From positions 1 to 26,682 of the IMG/VR virus record IMGVR_UViG_3300043775_000777: a stretch of DNA of 26,682 nt, one strand, 5' to 3'. Shown here in pieces: positions 5,802 to 14,100 of the stretch. Source of the DNA: a virus. The first letter of the stretch is position 1; every line of letters begins with the position of its first letter. The notes below the pieces were generated by a model that was not told the DNA's origin, did not search any database, and saw only the letters and a program-made list of their open reading frames with translations. A program made the translations under genes and the position numbers.

Positions 5802-8033
5802 ATGAGAGTTAAAATAAAAAGATTACCGCAAGCAAGAACTGGATACCAAGTTCAAGGAGCTTTAGTAAATGATGTACCTGCAATGGGTGGGGTTGACTAT
5901 AATGCATATATAGGACAAGAAAGACCTAAAGTTGGAAACACTATCAGTAAAGTACCAAGAAGCAAAGCTAATCTAGAAGCTGAAGGTGGGGAAACTGTAA
6001 TAGGAAATATTGATGGAAGTGGTATGCCGTCATTCTATACTATTACAGGACCAAGACATTCTGATGGTGGTGTACCACTTAATCTTCCGGATGACAGTTT
6101 CATCTATAGTGACACACAGTCAATGAAGATAACTGACCCTACTATTCTTAAGATGTTTAATAAACCAGTTAAGAAAGGCGGATACACTCCGGCAGAGTTA
6201 TCAAAACCATATGACCTAAATAAATTTAGAAAGATACTTCAAGATCCTGAGTCAGATGAAATAGCAAGAAACACAGCTGAGTTAATGATTAAGAACTATA
6301 CTATTAAGTTAGGAGCATTAGCATTAGCACAGGAAGCTAAGAAAGGATTCCCTCAAGGAATTCCTGAAGTTGCAAAACCATATATGGATGCTAATAATAT
6401 TAGCCCAGAACAGATTATGCCTGAACTTGCTGCACAAAAACAACAAGCACAAGAACAAGCTCCAGAAGATGCAGGTCAAGAACCTAACATAGAACCACAG
6501 GCTGAAGAAGATATGGCTGTGATGAATCCTGGAATGTCTGCTGATCAAATGGGTATGCCTCAACAAGATATGATGATGCAGATGGGTGGTATGTTAGAAC
6601 AAGACTATATGTTTCCATACCATCCTACTGAAATGGCTTATGGTGGATATCTTCCTAAAGCTCCAGACGGAGTTACTGTAGAAGGTATTGGAGCTTCTAA
6701 AGTTACTAAGGCTCCAACAGATGAAGGATGGAAACAAGGTAAAGTGGCAGGTGCCGGATCAAAAGCACAAGGTTATTATAGAAGTAGTAGAGGGCAAGGA
6801 GAAAAAGTATCATGGCATTCTGGTAAAGGTAATGCATCAGAAGCATCAGTAGCATCAGGTGTTTGTAAAAAAATCGCTAAATCTGGAGATATTGAAGATG
6901 CTATATTAGGAGCATTTCCTGCTTATCTTAAAGGAAAAAGAAAAGGTGATCCTGGTTATGAAGAAGCAATGCAAGCAGCTGTTGCAAGATTATCTGCTAA
7001 TCCTTTGTATGCAGATTGTATTAAAAAAGCAAATGAAAAATTTGAAAAGAAAGAAGCGGTATATCTAGAACCAGAAGACACAGGCATTGATGAGTGTGAA
7101 TGTACTGATGAAGCTACAATGGAAAAATACACTGTAGGAAAAGATGAAAACGGTAACTGTCTTCCATGTACTTCTACAAAGAAAAGATGTGAATGTCCTG
7201 ATGGATCTGATCCTGGTATGGATGAGGATGGTAATTGTAATGATTGTGAAACTGAAGAAGAAGAAGGTGCTATCACAACACCACCAAAACCAGAAGCTCA
7301 ATGGTGGTTACAAGATACTGTAAATACTATGGGTGCATTTGGTGAACTAATGGGTACTAAAAAATATATGCCTTGGGAAGCAAGAGTTGATCTTGAAGAA
7401 CCAAGACCTACATTCTTAGATCCTAGTAGAGAGCTAGCTAAACAATCTGAGGACGCTAACATTGCTGCACAAGCTAGTGCCCAATTTGCCGGACCACAAG
7501 CTTTAGGTGCTAGACTTTCTGCAATACAAGGACAAGGAGCTGCTGCTGCTGCAAATACCTTATCTAACATTAACAATCAGAATGTCAATATTGCTAATCA
7601 GTTTGAAGCTAATCAAGTTGGTATAAGAAACCAAGAAAATATGCTTAATCAAGCAATGAATGCTAGAGTGTATGATAAAAACACTATTGCTAATCAACAG
7701 TTTGATAATGCTATCAGACAAGGTAGAGCTAACTTAAGACAAGCATATAACACAGCCGTTACTAATAAGTGGAAGACAGATGCATTGAATCAGTTATATC
7801 CTAACTATCAAACTCTTGCTGGCCCTGGAGGTAAAGTAATTTATACTCCAACTGAGAAACAACTTACTCCTGAAAAACCAGGAGCAACTGAAGCAGAATA
7901 CTACAAAGATTTGTTAGCAGCTGGATTGAAAGAAGATGTAGCAGGTAAATTAGTAATAGATAAGTTTAAGTCTAAAAAAGGCGGAAATGTTCAAAGAGGT
8001 TACATATATACTGATTGGCCAATCTTCCTATAA
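5802..8033 (+). CDS. Phage virion-associated protein (743 aa) with an EAEGGE...GPxHxxGG domain, a Cys-rich repeat and an Asn/Gln-rich helical C-terminus
   Basis: ORF starts 3 nt after the ORF2 stop. ANLEAEGGETV...GPRHSDGGVPLNLPDDSFIYSD (5967-6113) resembles a motif set I recognise from Bacteroidota phage structural proteins. Cys repeat at 7095-7247 and 11-residue N/Q repeat at 7572-7736. Confidence 0.8.
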   Translation: MRVKIKRLPQARTGYQVQGALVNDVPAMGGVDYNAYIGQERPKVGNTISKVPRSKANLEAEGGETVIGNIDGSGMPSFYTITGPRHSDGGVPLNLPDDSFIYSDTQSMKITDPTILKMFNKPVKKGGYTPAELSKPYDLNKFRKILQDPESDEIARNTAELMIKNYTIKLGALALAQEAKKGFPQGIPEVAKPYMDANNISPEQIMPELAAQKQQAQEQAPEDAGQEPNIEPQAEEDMAVMNPGMSADQMGMPQQDMMMQMGGMLEQDYMFPYHPTEMAYGGYLPKAPDGVTVEGIGASKVTKAPTDEGWKQGKVAGAGSKAQGYYRSSRGQGEKVSWHSGKGNASEASVASGVCKKIAKSGDIEDAILGAFPAYLKGKRKGDPGYEEAMQAAVARLSANPLYADCIKKANEKFEKKEAVYLEPEDTGIDECECTDEATMEKYTVGKDENGNCLPCTSTKKRCECPDGSDPGMDEDGNCNDCETEEEEGAITTPPKPEAQWWLQDTVNTMGAFGELMGTKKYMPWEARVDLEEPRPTFLDPSRELAKQSEDANIAAQASAQFAGPQALGARLSAIQGQGAAAAANTLSNINNQNVNIANQFEANQVGIRNQENMLNQAMNARVYDKNTIANQQFDNAIRQGRANLRQAYNTAVTNKWKTDALNQLYPNYQTLAGPGGKVIYTPTEKQLTPEKPGATEAEYYKDLLAAGLKEDVAGKLVIDKFKSKKGGNVQRGYIYTDWPIFL
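7095..7247 (+). repeat. Two tandem Cys-rich peptide repeats, CEC-x(n)-G-x-DE(N/D)GNC-xx-C
   Basis: CECTDEATMEKYTVGKDENGNCLPC (7095-7169) and CECPDGSDPGMDEDGNCNDC (7188-7247), read directly from the translation. Confidence 0.85.
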
Positions 8034-8075
8034 ACTTTATATGTTTATTAAACTTAAAAAATTTTAATAGTTTTA
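8030..8075 (+). promoter_or_regulatory. Second copy of the palindrome plus Bacteroidota-like promoter, upstream of ORF4
   Basis: ATAAAC-TTTATAT-GTTTAT (8030-8048). TTTA at 8044-8047, 20-nt spacer, TAGTTTTA at 8068-8075. 16 of 17 bases match the first copy over TAAACTTTATAWGTTTA. A-rich leader (GATAAAAAACATT) before the ATG with no SD. Confidence 0.6.
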
Positions 8076-8095
8076 CAATATAGATAAAAAACATT

Positions 8096-11000
8096 ATGGC
8101 TACGTATCTACAAGGAGTCACAGATTATATACCACAGTTTCAACCCTTTCAACCGGATCTGAACTTTTATGCTAATGTAATGCAGACAAAGCAGACTCAG
8201 TATGATACAAACTGGAAGGCTTTAAACAAAATGTATAGTCAGTATTATTATGCTGACTTAACAAGAGATGGTAATATAAAAAAGAAAGATGAGTATTTAA
8301 ATAACATTGAGTTTAACCTTAAGAGAGTATCTCAATTAGATTTGTCACTTGAACAAAATGTTGCTCAAGCTACACAAGTATTCAAGCCTTTTTATGAAGA
8401 TAAAGGTTTGATGAAAGACATGGCTTGGACTAAAAACTATAACAACCAACTTAACCGTGCTGAGATATTCAGAAATTCAAATGAAACTGAACAAAGAACA
8501 CAATATTGGGAAGAGGGCGTTAGAGGAATGAACTATCTAAGAGATGAGTTTAAAGAAGCAACAGATGAAGATGCAATGGGTTTTCAAAATGCTGAGTATG
8601 TACCTAATGTAGATGTATTAGGTAAAGCAGAAAAGATTGCTAAAGACTCAGGTTTATCTATTGAAAAAGTAGATTTTAGTGATGGTGGTAAGTTTATTGT
8701 TAAAACCAAAAATGGTGAAGCACTTACTGAACCTTTACAAAAGTTATTTGAAGCTAGATTAGGTAGTGATCCGTCTATTCAATCTAAATATAAAATGCAA
8801 GCATATGTAGATAGAAAAGACTATGCTTATTCTAATGCTGCACAGTTTGGCGGAGACAAGAATGCTGCAGAAATGAAGTATCTTGAGAACAGTTTTAATG
8901 TGCTCAAAGCACAGAGTGATGCAAGATATAAACAACTTCAAGTTAACTCTTCTGTTTATGATAATCAAATAAAAGATATTCAAAAACAAATTGATAATGG
9001 TACTGCATCTCCTACAGCAAAGATGATGCTAGAGCAGTACAAAATGAATAAGGATATCAATGATAAAGTTTTGGCAAGAGCTGAGAATGAAAACAAAATG
9101 CTCAATGATGGTAAAAATAAAACTCCTTTAACTTCAACAGGGTTTACAAATCCTTATGGAGATCTTAAGTCATTAAGATATAAAGTAGATAATGGTATGG
9201 CATCATTACTTATGCAGAAAGATCTTGATGAAGCAGCTAATATCTATGCATATAGAGATATGGAAATAGATGTAGAAGCTAATCCATATAAGATCTTAGA
9301 AGAAAAGCAAAGAAATAGCATGCAGCTTATAGCAGCAAGAGAAGCTGCATCAATGAGATTAGCTGAATTCAAAAGCAATCTTCAAAAACAAAAAGACTAT
9401 GAAGATAATATCATAGAAAATGGTGCCGGCTACAGAGATGAAAAAGGTAACATACAGTTGTATGAAGATCAAAACATAGTAACCACTGAAGAAGAAAAGT
9501 CAGGAGGTGTTACTGGTTCTATTAACTTTAAAAATAAGAGCCGTGATATTTCTCAAATGACTAAGCAAGAGTTTCTTGATCCTTACTTCCAATCAACATT
9601 TGCTGTATTAGATCAAGCTATTGCTGATAAAAAAATGAGCAAACAAGAGGCTGGTAAAATACTTGGGTATAATAAAAATCAAGGTATATCTCTTGATGAC
9701 TTTATTAAGAAGTATAACACATATGGTGACTCTTGGTTAAGAAAACAAGTAGGGTCTAAAGGAGTTAGAGAAATCAGAAACAAAATGAATGAATGGATAG
9801 GTAATAACAGAGATCTAGATTTATTTACACAGAATGGTGAGAAGACGGCTCTATACAAAACTTATAGAGAGGCTAATATGAAGATGAATGACTATATGTT
9901 ATATATTAAATCAGATGAAAAATGGAAAAAAGAAACTTCTAAGTCTGTAATTACTGATCTTACTAGACAAGGTTATGATAAAGCTAAGTATTTGTATGAT
10001 GATAACGGCAATAAGAGAACTGAAAAAGAATACATAAGAGCTCTTCTTGATAATAAAGCAATTTCAAAAGATGAAATGGCAGAGTATATTGCTCAAGAAA
10101 AAATTCAAAAAGGAGAAGCTGGGTATAAAGCAGCTGTAGAATTAATTGGAATGAATGATTATTGGACTGCAAAAGGTGCACAGTTCCTTGATGTATTAGA
10201 CAGAGTAAATAAATTTTTAAAACCAATTGCGGCACCTAAACAATATATAGCTGAAAAAATATACGGAGTAGCTACTACACCATCAGTTAATTTTGATTAT
10301 GATGAATTAGTAAAAGCTGCAGGTAAAGCTTATTCAACTGAAAAAGTTATTAAAACACCACCTCCAAGAATCCCTGGAGGACCAACTGGATCTGGTACAG
10401 GTTTATTTGCAACAGGCTCATCAAGAATAACAGTTAATCCAAAAGTACATGGTGTTGGTTATGCACATTTTGCTGATGTAAGTAATGACTTAAAAACTTT
10501 TGGAATGGATAACATGGACAGAGTATCATTTTATGGTATCTCTAAAGATATGTATGATAAGTCTGGAAATAAACATAATGATGTTGGTAAAGCGGCATTA
10601 GATAAAATCCGTGAGGATATGCAGAAGAAAAAATCTTCTCTTGGAGCTTTTGAACTTAAAGTGTCTCCTATTGCTGGAGGTTCTGATAGAATGGCTGCAG
10701 TAAGAATAATACCAAATCTTGAATGGATTAAAGCTAATACAGCTAAGTTAAATTCAAAAGGAGGTATATCTGAACCTGGATTGTTTACACCAAATGAAGC
10801 AGCAGCAATTGCTAAACATGGTATTACATATTTTATGAATAATAAAAAGATGAATAGTAATATGTATAAGCAATCTTATCAATCACCAATGGAAAGTTAT
10901 GTTGAAACATTTGGTAAGTATGAATTAAATAGTATTGGTGGGGATCCAATGAAATCTTTTAAAGTAGAAAAGAATACATTAGGAACCGGTGACTATATTA

Positions 11001-11188
11001 CTACTGTTACCTATCCTTTATTTAATCCTGATACAGGTAAGTTAGAAAAACAAGTATATAGAAATAATGTAGGATTTACTGGTCAAAATCTAGAAAATTT
11101 AAGAGATGGAATGATCTATAACTTTATGGATGATGCGGATATACAGAATACATTACAGTATAATAACTTTGAAAACCTAGGTCAATAA
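8096..11188 (+). CDS. Phage protein (1030 aa), probable virion cargo/ejection protein of the crAss-like type
   Basis: Long ORF. The N-terminus MATYLQGVTDYIPQFQPFQPDLNFYANVMQTKQTQYD resembles proteins I recall preceding the giant genes in crAss-like phages. Largely helical/coiled-coil composition. The stop overlaps the next start (TAATG, 11186-11190). Confidence 0.75.
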   Translation: MATYLQGVTDYIPQFQPFQPDLNFYANVMQTKQTQYDTNWKALNKMYSQYYYADLTRDGNIKKKDEYLNNIEFNLKRVSQLDLSLEQNVAQATQVFKPFYEDKGLMKDMAWTKNYNNQLNRAEIFRNSNETEQRTQYWEEGVRGMNYLRDEFKEATDEDAMGFQNAEYVPNVDVLGKAEKIAKDSGLSIEKVDFSDGGKFIVKTKNGEALTEPLQKLFEARLGSDPSIQSKYKMQAYVDRKDYAYSNAAQFGGDKNAAEMKYLENSFNVLKAQSDARYKQLQVNSSVYDNQIKDIQKQIDNGTASPTAKMMLEQYKMNKDINDKVLARAENENKMLNDGKNKTPLTSTGFTNPYGDLKSLRYKVDNGMASLLMQKDLDEAANIYAYRDMEIDVEANPYKILEEKQRNSMQLIAAREAASMRLAEFKSNLQKQKDYEDNIIENGAGYRDEKGNIQLYEDQNIVTTEEEKSGGVTGSINFKNKSRDISQMTKQEFLDPYFQSTFAVLDQAIADKKMSKQEAGKILGYNKNQGISLDDFIKKYNTYGDSWLRKQVGSKGVREIRNKMNEWIGNNRDLDLFTQNGEKTALYKTYREANMKMNDYMLYIKSDEKWKKETSKSVITDLTRQGYDKAKYLYDDNGNKRTEKEYIRALLDNKAISKDEMAEYIAQEKIQKGEAGYKAAVELIGMNDYWTAKGAQFLDVLDRVNKFLKPIAAPKQYIAEKIYGVATTPSVNFDYDELVKAAGKAYSTEKVIKTPPPRIPGGPTGSGTGLFATGSSRITVNPKVHGVGYAHFADVSNDLKTFGMDNMDRVSFYGISKDMYDKSGNKHNDVGKAALDKIREDMQKKKSSLGAFELKVSPIAGGSDRMAAVRIIPNLEWIKANTAKLNSKGGISEPGLFTPNEAAAIAKHGITYFMNNKKMNSNMYKQSYQSPMESYVETFGKYELNSIGGDPMKSFKVEKNTLGTGDYITTVTYPLFNPDTGKLEKQVYRNNVGFTGQNLENLRDGMIYNFMDDADIQNTLQYNNFENLGQ

Positions 11189-14100
11189 TGGCAGAAGAAA
11201 CACCTTTTAGTCCTTTAGATTCTTTAGGACCAGAATACGGAGGCATTAATGCTCCTAGATTAGATGCACAAGGTTTATCACCATTTGAAGGTGATATGCT
11301 TACGGATCCAAAAATTAATTTTCCAAAGCCGGAGAATTACTTTCCTGTGTTACCACAGGTTACAAACTTGGATAGACCTAATAGTTCTATTGAAAGAAAT
11401 GTTGTAAGGACTCCTGCAAACAATCCTAGTATAAAACCTAAAAAAGTTTCTGGAGCTCAGAATAAAGCAAGTATAACAAAATCTTTAGATGCTTTCTTTC
11501 AAGCTAATCAGAATAAAGACAACTATGCTAAAATCTATTCATACAATGCCGGACCAGATGGTAATGCATTTTATAAAAGATATGCAGCATATGGTCAAGA
11601 AACATTTGACAAGATTGGTTTTCACCCATTAAGAGATAATGAATCAAACTTTAATGCTCAGACATCTAGATGGGATGACTTTTCTAGAATGATGACACAT
11701 TCATTTATTCCTTTATTTTCTAGAGGTTTTGTATCAGGACCAAAGAGTTTATGGAAAATGGCTCATGGAGACTTTACAAGTTCAGACAGAGAAGATGCAA
11801 GAGTATATGAAGAAGCAGCCGGAATAGGTCAATCATCTAAAGGTGGTGTATTTGGATTTGCAAATAATACTATGATGAACTTTGGGTATACAGCAGGTAT
11901 TATAACTGAAGCTGTTGCTGAAGAAATTGCTGGTGCATTACTTGCTGCCCCTACAGGTGGTGCAAGTTTATTTGCAACTACTGCTAATATAGCAACTAAA
12001 GTTCCTAGAGCTTTAAGCTTAACACAAAGAGCAGTTAAAGGATATGATGCTGTAAAGACTACTCTTAAAAGTTTTGACAGTATAAATGCTGCAAGAAAGT
12101 TTTGGAATGCTGCAGCTTCTAATAAAACAGTATCTGCAATAGGTAGAGGTCTTAATCCTTTAGAGAATAGTTTTGAAGCATTTAAAGCTATTAAAGGCAC
12201 TGACAATATAACTGACTTAGCAGCACTTTCAAAAACTGCTGGTGGTTTTTATAGAGATATTAGAAAGATAAACATGGCTTTATCTGAAGCTAGACTTGAA
12301 GCTGGTATGGTTGAGAATAAAGTATATGATAAACTTTATCATGAAGCATACATGGCAAAAGGTGAACCACCATCAAACAAAGAACAAGCTGAATTAGAAA
12401 AACAAGCTAAGGATGCTTCATTGGAAACTTTGTTAGCTAATACAGCTCTCATATATGCATCTAACTCAATTACATTTAATAACATCACATCACCAAGAGG
12501 AGGTTTAAGAAACTTTATTAAATCTACTACTGATGATATATATGAAATAGCTGCAAGAGAAGGTCAGAAAGACTTTGGTAAACTTGGTAAAGTTATATAT
12601 GATAAAACAGCTAGACAGTTTGAGTTACAAAAGTCTAATCTAAAAACTTGGGCAAAAGGTTGGAGAAAAGATCCTATACATAAATCAATTGGTAGTACAA
12701 TAGGATATTTTAAAGCTAACTTTACAGAAGGTATTCAAGAGAACTTCCAGGAAGTAATTGCTCAGGCAAATGAAAGATACTATATAGATAGTTACAAAAG
12801 CCCTACTCTACAAACACAGTTGTATTCTAAAGGAGTAATTAAAGCTAATCTAAAACCTAAAGCTGATTACTATGCACAAGGTTTAAAAGATCAGTTTAAT
12901 TCACAAGGTCTTGAAACATTTGCATCTGGTTTCTTTATGGGAACATTAGCATCTCCATTAAATGCAGCTATTCCTTTTTTAAGTTCCACATATAATAGAA
13001 CTTTTGATAAAGAAGGTTTTGCTAAATGGAAAAAAGATCAAACAGCAATTGCAGAAAATCTTGTTAAAGATTTGAATGATGTTAAGATGAAAGACTTTAT
13101 GTCTGATAGAGTTATGAATACAGGAGCTCAAGATTTGATTAGCAAGATTAGAATAAATGCTAGTAAGAAAGGAGGTCTAGATGCTGAGACAGAATCATTT
13201 GTAAATGCAGTAAATACCATGAGAAGAACCGGTACATCTGGTATCTTTATGGATACTCTTAAATCATTTAAACAATATGATGACAAAGAGTTTGCAGATG
13301 CAATGAAAATTACTGAAGAACAAGTTCCTAAGTATAGAGGTAGAGTTGATAAAGCTATTGCTAGATTAAATAACATCAATAATATTTTTGAGAATGGTGA
13401 AAGAAAACACCCTAATCCTGTAAGCTTAGATAATTTAGGTGAAGAAGGAACACCTGAGTATGATGCTAAACTAGCTTTATATAAAGGTTGGAATGATTCT
13501 CTCCGGAATTATGCATTTTTCAATGAAGCATATAATGATGTTAAAGGAAGAAGAGCTAGTATCCAAAATAAGTATAATACTAATCCAAACTTTCAAAGTT
13601 TAAGCAGCACTGATAAATCTTTATTGTTTCAACCTGAAAGAATAATTGATGAGGTAAGACTGTTAAACACACAATTAGCATTAGAAAAAGATGGAGAAAA
13701 CAATGCTAAAAAAGTAAATGAATTAGAAAGCAGAATCCAACTTCTTTCTGAATTTGCAAAAGCTCACAAAGGATTTGATGAATACTTTAACAGAGCTGAT
13801 GAAGATAAAGTAAAGATTGTAAAAGAAGAGCTTCAGAAAAAGACAGGTAAAGAACCAACTGCAGAAGAAATAGCAGAAGAGTTAGACAAAAGAGTTGGGT
13901 CACTGGATAATGAAGAACTTAAAATGTTCCATTTACTTAATCTTAAGAATGCTCATAATAATTATTTAAAAACTCTTTCTAAAGATAAAGGTGATTACAT
14001 ATTTGATGAGCAAGCTGATGAAGCATTTGAACAACTTGTAGATTACTATAAACTTGGGCAAGAAGGAAAAGCTCTAGCTACGTATGTAGATATCATGAAC

